64,000 bases of DNA from an uncultured Methanomassiliicoccales archaeon (GTDB lineage: Archaea > Thermoplasmatota > Thermoplasmata > Methanomassiliicoccales > Methanomethylophilaceae): positions 222,434 through 286,433 of the forward strand of contig CASEZY010000001.1 in NCBI GenBank assembly GCA_949292635.1, written 5' to 3'. The translations under genes were made by a program, and so were the position numbers. Each line of letters starts with the position of its first letter. Positions within the stretch are counted from its first letter, which is position 1. Positions 10,238 to 18,652 of this stretch are shown here, in pieces. Below the pieces are notes generated by a model that saw nothing but the letters and a program-made list of their open reading frames with translations, was not told the origin of the DNA and made no database searches.

Positions 10238-10897
10238 ATGAATGGGCCCCACATGGACCGCCAGTCAACCGCCGCATCCCGTGCACTGATGTGGAGGCGC
10301 GTGATGCTGATCGTCTGCATGCTGATCACCATCGCATCCCTCATCATCGGACTGTTCGTTCACGAATCCGATCTCATCGGCGCCGGGATCATCACCACCC
10401 TTGTCCTCTTCACCCTGTTCGTCATGGGCGAGAAGAGGGGATACGTCAAGAAGCTGTACTTCCTCCCGATAGGCATACTCATGATCCCCTGCGTCCTGGT
10501 GGACGTGTTGGAGTTCTGGCAGCTCATCGATACAGGAGACTTCTGGTGGAAGATGGACATCATCTGCACCATTCCCGTGTACATCGCCACCGCGTTCGCC
10601 ATCATCGGCATCCTGATCGGATACTGCGGCGTGCGCCTTGACCCGGTGATGATGGGTGTGTACATCTTCTTCACGTCCCTGGCCATGGGCGGATTCATCG
10701 GCGCAGGATACTACCTCTACAACTACAACCGCGGCATTCCCTACGAGGAGCAGATGGCCATGAACTACTACATGGGCTGGGAGTACCTGGCGGTGATTGT
10801 CGCCGCTGCGATCATCGCACTGGCCGTCAACCGGGGCATGAAGCTCAGGAACGTCAAGCTGCTCAGATCCGAGCACATCCTGGAGGATTGGGCATGA
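10238..10897 (+). CDS. Hypothetical polytopic membrane protein
   Basis: About 6 hydrophobic helices; no recognisable family. Confidence 0.5.
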   Translation: MNGPHMDRQSTAASRALMWRRVMLIVCMLITIASLIIGLFVHESDLIGAGIITTLVLFTLFVMGEKRGYVKKLYFLPIGILMIPCVLVDVLEFWQLIDTGDFWWKMDIICTIPVYIATAFAIIGILIGYCGVRLDPVMMGVYIFFTSLAMGGFIGAGYYLYNYNRGIPYEEQMAMNYYMGWEYLAVIVAAAIIALAVNRGMKLRNVKLLRSEHILEDWA

Positions 10898-11676
10898 TCG
10901 AGTACACCAGGCGCCAATATTACTTCGACATCGCACTGGCGATCATCCTTCCCGGGATATTGTGCATCATGATGATCCTGGCATTCCTGGGACACGGCAG
11001 CACCGAGCACGATCCGGTGTACATAGCGTTGACCATGGGCGCCTCCATGTTCATATCGGCGATCCTGCCGATCATGAGGATCACTGGGAAGTTCAGGGCA
11101 CCCTACTGGTTCCTGTTCCTGGTGACCGGATGCCTGTACATGCACGCCGTGTCCCTGTACCTGGGATTCTACATCGACCTCTGGTACTGGAGCGTCATCG
11201 CCCACAGCGTGGCAGGCGTGGTGGTCTCCATGATCGTATTCACCGGACTGTCCGTGATACAGACATACACCCGCGGGGTGAATCTCGGTGTGTATCCGCT
11301 GATGTTCATGAGCGTGATCATCACCATCGGGTTCGGATGCGCATGGGAGCTGATGGAGTGGACGGTGGACAGGTTAGCCGGACAGTATTGGATGTCATAC
11401 TCCATCTTCGACACCACCGACGATCTCCTCGCCGACATCGTGGGGAGCATCGTCACCAATCTAGGTCTTCTCGTATTGGTCAAGACCCGCAAGATGGAAG
11501 AGGTGGTGGAATCCATCAATCTGGGGGAGCAGATGCGTGTCATCGGCGCCAAGTGGGACCGCAAGTGCGGCCTGGACGTGGAGATCCCCGAGAGGGGTGC
11601 GAACACATCCATCGAATTCGGCAAATGGGAGAACATGCCCAAGGAGGAGCGCTTCTCCCGCAAGAAGACTGAATGA
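10888..11676 (+). CDS. Hypothetical polytopic membrane protein
   Basis: Overlaps the previous gene by 10 nt; about 6 TM helices plus a charged C-terminal tail. Confidence 0.5.
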   Translation: MGMIEYTRRQYYFDIALAIILPGILCIMMILAFLGHGSTEHDPVYIALTMGASMFISAILPIMRITGKFRAPYWFLFLVTGCLYMHAVSLYLGFYIDLWYWSVIAHSVAGVVVSMIVFTGLSVIQTYTRGVNLGVYPLMFMSVIITIGFGCAWELMEWTVDRLAGQYWMSYSIFDTTDDLLADIVGSIVTNLGLLVLVKTRKMEEVVESINLGEQMRVIGAKWDRKCGLDVEIPERGANTSIEFGKWENMPKEERFSRKKTE

Positions 11677-11777
11677 AATACCGATGCCGGCACTGTCCCA
11701 GACAGTGACCGGCATCGGTCATGTTTTATAATCTTCCCCACCTTACGCTTCCACTGAACTACAGTATAGGTGGAAGC

Positions 11778-13874
11778 ATGAACGCTATCGTACTGGCTAC
11801 CTTCATCGCGTATTTCGTGATAGTCATACTGGTGGGCGCCTACTTCTACGACAAGAAGACCGGCATGAACGAGTACTTCTTGGCGGACAGGCAGCTCAAC
11901 CCGTATGTGGTGGCCCTTTCGGCACAGGCATCCGATATGAGCGGATGGCTGCTGATGGGACTGCCCGGCGCCATTCTCATGGCGGGAGTAGGCGAGGTCT
12001 GGATCGGGATCGGACTCGCCGTCGGAACGTACTTCGCCTGGCTCATCATCGCCAAGCGTCTGAGGATCTATTCGGAGAAGGCGGACAACGCCATCACCGT
12101 CTCCGAGTTCTTCACCAACCGTTTCGAGGACAACAAGACCCTGCTGCGTGTGGTCAGCGGGATCGTCATCCTCGTGTTCTTCACATTCTATGTCGCATCC
12201 GGATTCGTGGCCGGCGGAGGTGTGCTGAAGGCCATCTTCCCCGACGTGGACCTGAGCCTGCTGATCATCGTGGGTGCGGCCGTGGTCATCATATACACCT
12301 TCCTGGGCGGATTCAACGCGGTCTGCTGGACCGACTTCCTCCAGGGGATGCTGATGCTGGTGGCCGTGGTCATCCTGCCTCTGGCACTCATCGGCGAGCT
12401 GGGCGGCATGGATGCCGCTTGGGAGGCCATCGAGAGCGTTGCCGGCTTGGACCCCAACTTCAGTCTTGACATGATGTCCGTGGGCGCCATCACCATCGTC
12501 TCCGGTCTCGCCTGGGGTCTTGGATACTTCGGCATGCCCCACATCATGGTCAGGTACATGGCCATCAAGAACCCCGAGGACATCAAGAGGTCCAGGCGCA
12601 TCGCCACCATCTGGGTCATCATCGCCCTGACCTGCGCCTGCCTGATCGGTCTGGTGGGCCGCGCATGGGCGGAGAGCGCCGGCATCATGACCGGGGACTT
12701 CAACCCCGAGCACATCATGATCTACGCCGTGGACGCCCTGTGGACGGTTGCCATTCCCGTGCTGGCCGGTGTGATCTTCGCCGCCCTGATGGCAGCCATC
12801 ATGAGCACCGCCGACTCCCAGCTGCTGGTGGCCGCCGGTGCCGTGAGCAACGACATCTACAAGCACCGCAAGGGCAACGACATCTCCGACGAGAAGCTGG
12901 TCTGGATCTCCAGGGCCGTGGTCATCGTCATCTCCGTGATCGCACTGGTCATCGCGCTGGGCGACAACAAGACCATCATGAACCTGGTGTCCTTCGCCTG
13001 GGCCGGATTCGGTGCCGCCTTCGGTCCCCTCGTGCTTCTGGCCCTGTTCTGGAAGAGGACCAACTCCAAGGGAGCCATCGCCGGTATCATCGTGGGATTC
13101 GCCGTCACCATCCTGTGGAACACCTTCCTGGGAAGCGGCCTGATCGTGGACGGCATGCAGCTCACCGACAACCCACTCAACGGACTGTACGAGCTGCTGC
13201 CCGGATTCATCCTGTCCGCCCTGGCCATCATAATCGTGTCCCTGGCCACCGCCAAGCCCTCCAAGGACATCGTGGACACCTTCGAGGCCGTGGACGCGGA
13301 GTGCAACGCCGTCAAGCCCCTGGGCATCCGCGGCACCGGTGCCGCCGCCGTCATGTCCGGTGCGCTGTTCATCATCGGCGTCGGCTTTGCCGTGCTGCTG
13401 ACCGGCTGGGACCCCATGCAGACCATCGGTGTGCTCAACATCGCCGGCGGAATGGAGGGTGCCTTCGCCTTCGTCGGTACGTTCGTGGCGGGAGCCGCCC
13501 TGGCCGTGGCCGGATACGGGCTGTGCGCCAACAGGAAGGACGCCAAGATGGCCTACGCCGGCGCCCTGACCGTTCTGGCGGGCCTGTGCTTCATGGGAGC
13601 CGGTTTGTTCGACCTCGGTGTCAGCGACTTCCACTTCTACCTGAGGGACGCGGCCCTGGTCTTCGGAGGACTGGCGCTGCTGGCCCTGGTCTGGAGGAAT
13701 GTGGAGAGGGGTCAGTACATGACCGCGGGAGCGTGCATCATGCTGGGCGTCGTGACCGTCCTGGTCGTGTTCAGCGGATCCGCCATCCTGACCACCGCCT
13801 CCGCCATCGGCATGGTGCTCTGCGCACTCATGCAGGGCCTGAAGCTGATGGCATCGGACGAGGAATCGTATTGA
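11778..13874 (+). CDS. putP: Sodium/solute symporter (SSS family, PutP-like proline permease) with extra C-terminal transmembrane domain
   Basis: Start MNAIVLATFIAYF. SSS signature regions (GLPGAILMAG, MSTADSQLL, FWKRTN). About 200 extra C-terminal residues with several hydrophobic helices. Confidence 0.8.
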   Translation: MNAIVLATFIAYFVIVILVGAYFYDKKTGMNEYFLADRQLNPYVVALSAQASDMSGWLLMGLPGAILMAGVGEVWIGIGLAVGTYFAWLIIAKRLRIYSEKADNAITVSEFFTNRFEDNKTLLRVVSGIVILVFFTFYVASGFVAGGGVLKAIFPDVDLSLLIIVGAAVVIIYTFLGGFNAVCWTDFLQGMLMLVAVVILPLALIGELGGMDAAWEAIESVAGLDPNFSLDMMSVGAITIVSGLAWGLGYFGMPHIMVRYMAIKNPEDIKRSRRIATIWVIIALTCACLIGLVGRAWAESAGIMTGDFNPEHIMIYAVDALWTVAIPVLAGVIFAALMAAIMSTADSQLLVAAGAVSNDIYKHRKGNDISDEKLVWISRAVVIVISVIALVIALGDNKTIMNLVSFAWAGFGAAFGPLVLLALFWKRTNSKGAIAGIIVGFAVTILWNTFLGSGLIVDGMQLTDNPLNGLYELLPGFILSALAIIIVSLATAKPSKDIVDTFEAVDAECNAVKPLGIRGTGAAAVMSGALFIIGVGFAVLLTGWDPMQTIGVLNIAGGMEGAFAFVGTFVAGAALAVAGYGLCANRKDAKMAYAGALTVLAGLCFMGAGLFDLGVSDFHFYLRDAALVFGGLALLALVWRNVERGQYMTAGACIMLGVVTVLVVFSGSAILTTASAIGMVLCALMQGLKLMASDEESY

Positions 13875-13947
13875 AACCCATGGGCGCAGGCGCCTGCCTG
13901 CGTCCATCCTTTTAATACGAAGAAAAAGATACGACAGCAATCCAAAG

Positions 13948-14328
13948 GTGCTAATCATGAAGACATCTACCAATTCGCTCAAACTCGGAGCCGTAGTGGC
14001 TGCGCTGGGCGGTGTGGTCGCGCTCATGATGCTGGCCGCCAACTTCGACCTCAATCAGGAAGGATTCTTCAGGACCATGATCCTCTACCTCCTGATCGCA
14101 GTCATCTTCTTCGCTTTCGCCGGGGCTTTCAAGAGCAACGGCCAGTGGGGAAAGGGCGTCCTGACCATCATGGCATTCGTGCTCTACGCGATCATCATCG
14201 CAGGAGTCATCATCGAGATGCTCAGCCTGGTCTACGGACTGATCCTGCTGGTTTTCGGAATCCTGCCCCTGGTCTGCGCACTGCTCTCCGCCAAGAGCGA
14301 CGTGTGGTTCTCCGAGGCCAAGTTCTGA
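13948..14328 (+). CDS. Hypothetical small membrane protein
   Basis: 126 aa with 3-4 TM helices. A GC hairpin cccc cggc-acc-gccgggg follows at 14338-14354. Confidence 0.5.
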   Translation: MLIMKTSTNSLKLGAVVAALGGVVALMMLAANFDLNQEGFFRTMILYLLIAVIFFAFAGAFKSNGQWGKGVLTIMAFVLYAIIIAGVIIEMLSLVYGLILLVFGILPLVCALLSAKSDVWFSEAKF

Positions 14329-14387
14329 GTCCAAATCCCCCGGCACCGCCGGGGTCTCAAAACCCTTCACTGTTCTTATAAACGGGG

Positions 14388-15062
14388 ATGCGATATCGGC
14401 ATCCGATGGATGAGAAGTTCACCTTCGCCCTCAGGAGGATAGCGCTGCTGGGAGGCGTCGACGACTACATAGCAGTGTCCTCCAGGGAGCTGGGGGACGC
14501 CCTTGGCATGAGCCAGCAGTCCGCCTCCAAGAGGATCCTCGAACTGCTGGAGATGGACCTGATCGAACGTGACCTGGGTGCCAGGAAGCAGAAGATCAGG
14601 CTCACCGAGAAAGGCACGGCGGAGCTCAGGAAGGAATACCTGGAGTACCGCAGGATCTTCGAGTACACCGACCAGATGGTCATCCACGGAGAGGTTGCCG
14701 ACGGCATGGGCGAGGGCGGATACTACATCTGCCAGCCCGAGTACGTGGCACAGTTCGAGGACATCCTCGGGTTCACCCCCTTCCAGGGCACGCTGAATCT
14801 GAAGATCGCTACCGACGACATCGGCAAGCTGGAGGTCATCCGCAACTCCAAGGGACATGTGGTCAAGGGATTCACCCGGGACGAGCGCACCTTCGGTAAC
14901 GTGATCGTCTACAAGGCGAAGATCAAGAACATGGACTGCGCCATCATCGTTCCCGAGCGTTCCCACTACCGTGAGATCATCGAGATCATCTGCCACTACC
15001 ACCTAAGACGCACGCTGGGTCTTGACAACGGCAGCAAGGTGGAAGTTAAGGTGGACCTCTGA
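14388..15062 (+). CDS. ribK: CTP-dependent archaeal riboflavin kinase fused to N-terminal wHTH (RbkR-type regulator/kinase)
   Basis: N-terminal HTH (ISSRELGDALGMSQQSASKRI) plus a C-terminal MJ0056-like riboflavin kinase domain (GTLNLK...). Confidence 0.8.
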   Translation: MRYRHPMDEKFTFALRRIALLGGVDDYIAVSSRELGDALGMSQQSASKRILELLEMDLIERDLGARKQKIRLTEKGTAELRKEYLEYRRIFEYTDQMVIHGEVADGMGEGGYYICQPEYVAQFEDILGFTPFQGTLNLKIATDDIGKLEVIRNSKGHVVKGFTRDERTFGNVIVYKAKIKNMDCAIIVPERSHYREIIEIICHYHLRRTLGLDNGSKVEVKVDL

Positions 15063-16046
15063 TCAGAGGGTGAACACCTTCGCCCAGTTGGTGAACGGTA
15101 TCCCTATCTTCACGATCAGCATCTCCCCCGCGGTCGCCGCGTGTTCGATGGTGAACTGCTTGGTGCCGTAGCCCTTGTCGCCGGAACCGCTGAGCACCTC
15201 CGTGGTGCCGGTGTCGATGCCGTAGGCGATGACATCCGCAGAGGCCATCAGGTAGTATGCCTCATAGGTATTGTTGTTGAACTGTCCCAGGGAATATATG
15301 CGGCCCGAACCGTAATCAGTGACCGCGTAGGATGAGAACCCTTCTTCGTTCAACAGACCCAGTGACACGGTGTTGTATCCCGCATCGTTCAACATCTGTA
15401 CGTTCACCCCGTAGGAGCAGTTAGTCAGTGTCACACCCATCCTCTCGGACCAGTATGTCGCTGTGACACCTGCGGAAAGCGTCGACTCGGCTATCGTCCC
15501 CTCCGGGAAGAAATAGGTGGCATCGAACTCCTCGATGCCGCTCTCGGAGGTCACGCTCTTGCCGAGTTCTCCCATGCTCCAATGAATCGTACCCCCTGCC
15601 AGGATCCAGTTCTTCAACAGATCGCCTTCGACAACGGCCTTCGGAAGAACTCCTGCGCAGAAGTAGACCGCCTTGCCGGATGCATTGCCGGTGTCCTGCA
15701 GCAGCTCCGTCAATGCGGCGGTGTCGATGCGCTGGCCTTTGGTGTAGCCTCTCAACTCCAGCATGGAATCCAGAGCGTCGTAGAATTGGACCTGTTGACT
15801 ATGATATATCATTCCAGGCATGGAGGTGTCATACCAATAGTACAGACTGTTCGACACGTCCATACCTGCGTATATGCTGTACGAATAGCCGCTGGGAAGG
15901 AATCCGTTCAACGTGACGTTGATACTGTCATCGTCGTTCCAGATGTCCGCAGAAGTGTCTGCGAACATGTCCGCCTGGATCACCGCCCACCCGACCACCA
16001 GCACCGCTGCTATGACGGTCAGGATTGCCACCTCAGGATTCCTCAT
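15063..16046 (-). CDS. Predicted secreted or surface-anchored protein (hypothetical)
   Basis: N-terminal signal/anchor helix, Ser/Thr/Asn-rich body; overlaps the upstream membrane gene by 14 nt. Confidence 0.5.
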   Translation of the reverse strand: MRNPEVAILTVIAAVLVVGWAVIQADMFADTSADIWNDDDSINVTLNGFLPSGYSYSIYAGMDVSNSLYYWYDTSMPGMIYHSQQVQFYDALDSMLELRGYTKGQRIDTAALTELLQDTGNASGKAVYFCAGVLPKAVVEGDLLKNWILAGGTIHWSMGELGKSVTSESGIEEFDATYFFPEGTIAESTLSAGVTATYWSERMGVTLTNCSYGVNVQMLNDAGYNTVSLGLLNEEGFSSYAVTDYGSGRIYSLGQFNNNTYEAYYLMASADVIAYGIDTGTTEVLSGSGDKGYGTKQFTIEHAATAGEMLIVKIGIPFTNWAKVFTL

Positions 16047-17583
16047 CCTTCACCTCCGCACATCTGTACCATCTGTAAGGGACGTATAGCATCGAGATAT
16101 AGGCCGCCCCTCCGAAGACGACCATGAAGATCCCGATCATGGGGATCGGTCCGACATACGAGGTCAAGAACTCCAACACCGGGATCAGCGAACCCATGGA
16201 GGGGAATCCGGCGTACACGGAGAGTGTGTACAACACCGAGACGTTGCCGAGGATGAGCTGATAGAGGGTGAACGACACCCCCAGCACGATGGTAGGACGG
16301 ATGAGGGCGGGCATGTAGACTGTAGCAAACACCGCAACGAACGGGATCAACAGGACCACGTACTGCGGCGCCGGCGGCCAGAGGAATATGGCGAATGCGG
16401 ACAGCATGATCAATGTCGCCGCCTGCCGGTCGTCCTTATCGTCTATGAACAACAGGCGATAGGCCAGGTAGATGTTCAAGAGTATCGAACAGATCAGGAG
16501 GATGGTGACCACGCGCATGCCCAAGGCCTCGAAGACCTCGGAGAAGGAACCTTCAAAGCTTCCGAAGAGGGTCGTGACGACCACCGCCACCGCGGCGAGG
16601 AGGGCGACCAGCACCAACGCCTTGCGCAATCTCATGTGGAAGGATTCCGTAGGCGCCATCGTCAGGATGCGGGATACGATGTCGGTCCGCTTCACCACAT
16701 ACCACGCGACCGCGATCAGCAGGACGACCGCGGCGAGGAGGGCGATGGTGACGGTGGGTGTGAAGATGGATTCCATCATCTCCGGGGATGCTCCGACACG
16801 GGAGACGATGAAACGCATCGCCTCCCAGAAGTCACCCGTGAGGATGGATGGGAGGAATGTGAGGATGAAGGCCGCCAATGCGCCTGCCACCGCATCAATC
16901 AACGCCTTTGCCCCCCGGGCCGTGAATCCCTCCTTGCGGAACAGGATGGCCACGAGGATGAATATCAGGAACACCGGAAAGAACTTGATCAGGACCGCCA
17001 GCGAGAATGCTGCACCCGCCAGGAAGTACCTGCACCTCGACAGTAGGATAAAGGCCATCAGCGTGCCCAGTACGGCAAGATTGTCGAACATCACATGGAC
17101 GCTGGACTCCAATATCGTCAACGGGCAGAGGAACCAGAGCGCGGATGCGAGCGTCGCCTTCCCCTCTCCGTAGCGTTCGGATACGACCTTGTATATCAGA
17201 TAAGCGACGGCCAGATCCGCCAATATCAGTGGGATCTTGATCACGACGCTGTATGCCATGCTCGGGACCAGAGCGTTCACGGTCATCTCGCTGCCGATGA
17301 ACGGTACCAGGTCCTGAACGAAGGTGCCGTAATCCGTCACCCCCAGCAACGGACATAACAGGGATACGAACGCCAGCACATACCCCCACGGGGGGGTGTA
17401 GAAGTACGACAGGGTGTCGTAGAGGCCCATGCCGTCCTGCTCCGTGGTGATGACCAGGGACCACCAGTTGATGTCGCTGTTGAATGTGAACAACGGGGCG
17501 AGGATCAGACGTATCGCCAAGCCTGCGATGATCATCACTCCGAACAGACTGCGCATCCATTGCTTGACAGATCCCATATCCAC
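16033..17583 (-). CDS. Large integral membrane protein, GT-C-fold glycosyltransferase-like (DUF2029/PMT_2-like)
   Basis: 516 aa with more than 12 TM helices and loops resembling GT-C mannosyl/oligosaccharyl transferases; co-oriented with the secreted protein gene. Confidence 0.4.
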   Translation of the reverse strand: MDMGSVKQWMRSLFGVMIIAGLAIRLILAPLFTFNSDINWWSLVITTEQDGMGLYDTLSYFYTPPWGYVLAFVSLLCPLLGVTDYGTFVQDLVPFIGSEMTVNALVPSMAYSVVIKIPLILADLAVAYLIYKVVSERYGEGKATLASALWFLCPLTILESSVHVMFDNLAVLGTLMAFILLSRCRYFLAGAAFSLAVLIKFFPVFLIFILVAILFRKEGFTARGAKALIDAVAGALAAFILTFLPSILTGDFWEAMRFIVSRVGASPEMMESIFTPTVTIALLAAVVLLIAVAWYVVKRTDIVSRILTMAPTESFHMRLRKALVLVALLAAVAVVVTTLFGSFEGSFSEVFEALGMRVVTILLICSILLNIYLAYRLLFIDDKDDRQAATLIMLSAFAIFLWPPAPQYVVLLIPFVAVFATVYMPALIRPTIVLGVSFTLYQLILGNVSVLYTLSVYAGFPSMGSLIPVLEFLTSYVGPIPMIGIFMVVFGGAAYISMLYVPYRWYRCAEVKDEES

Positions 17584-17839
17584 CCTATCACTTCCAGACG
17601 ATCATACGGCCCTTTGCGGGATCGCAGGACCGTGTCATCAGGCCCTGCCGCAGGACTACCGTCGCATCGAACGTTATGTGTAACAGATTGGCCATATTAA
17701 TCCCGACGTGTGAGGGACGAGTGTTCGAAATGCCGTATCATCAATGTACTATCATGAACATTGATGAACGATGCGGTGAGGAGATCATCCGGCCTGACGG
17801 CCGGATGTTTAGGATCGTGTGCTGCGACACCTTTCGCCC

Positions 17840-18652
17840 TCATCCGATCAGGTGCTTCATCACCGACATGAACACCAGCAAACCGTCCCCCTCCTCGGAG
17901 TCGTAGCCTCTGGTCCAGTCCGGATGGGTGAAGCGGGTGAGCACCCTCTCCGGGTGGGGCATCATGCCCATCACGTTACCTGCGGGGTTGCAGATGCCGG
18001 CGATGTCCGACGGGGAGCCGTTGGGGTTCCACGGATATGCGGCATCTCCCTCGGGGGCCACGTATCTGAAGACGATCTGGTCGTTGTCCTCCAGCTCGGC
18101 GACGAAGTCCGGGTCGCTGCTCAACAGCTTCCCCTCAGCGTGTGCTGACGGGATCGTGAGCACCTTGCCCTTGGGGATCTCCGATGTGAACACGCACTTG
18201 CCGCGGTTGTCGTTCCTCAGCAGGGAGGGACGGCACTCGAAGCGTCCGGAGTCATTGTTGTACAGGGCCGCAGTGGGCACCTGGGTCATGGACTCCTTAA
18301 TCGCGGGAAGGAGACCCAGTTCCACCAGGATCTGGAAGCCGTTGCATATTCCCAGGACGGGCTTCTCCGCGTCCACGAACGCTTTCAGTTGATCTCCCAC
18401 GGATGACTTCAGCCTGGCGGCGAAGATCGCTCCCGCGCGGATGTAGTCCCCTGCGGAGAATCCTCCGGGGAACGCAAGCACGTCGTAATCCTCCAGACTG
18501 CGCCTCATGTCCGCCGGGACCACCCCGGTGAGCTGCTTGATATGGACCTTCTCCGCCTTGGCGCCCACCGTCTCGAAGGCGAGAGCCATCTCGTCCTCGC
18601 AGTTGGTGCCCTCCATGCGGAGCACACAGACCCTAACGTCCTCTGCCTTCAT
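17840..18652 (-). CDS. purQ: Phosphoribosylformylglycinamidine synthase subunit PurQ (glutamine amidotransferase)
   Basis: Start MKAEDVRVCVLRMEGTNCEDE inside ORF 17840..18775; catalytic GICNGFQ and HPE; overlaps the purL stop by 4 nt. Confidence 0.9.
   Translation of the reverse strand: MKAEDVRVCVLRMEGTNCEDEMALAFETVGAKAEKVHIKQLTGVVPADMRRSLEDYDVLAFPGGFSAGDYIRAGAIFAARLKSSVGDQLKAFVDAEKPVLGICNGFQILVELGLLPAIKESMTQVPTAALYNNDSGRFECRPSLLRNDNRGKCVFTSEIPKGKVLTIPSAHAEGKLLSSDPDFVAELEDNDQIVFRYVAPEGDAAYPWNPNGSPSDIAGICNPAGNVMGMMPHPERVLTRFTHPDWTRGYDSEEGDGLLVFMSVMKHLIG

Noticed and set aside
11169-14054. 961-aa minus-strand ORF, the longest in the track
   Set aside because: Translation is low-complexity Gly/Asp/His/Gln-rich with no motifs. 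It lies antisense to the well-supported SSS symporter and the two membrane-protein genes. A typical GC-rich antisense artefact.
17676-17906. 76-aa plus ORF in the purQ 3' region
   Set aside because: Overlaps the purQ coding end on the opposite strand and has no start context or motif; the 17584-17839 spacer more likely holds terminator/promoter signals.
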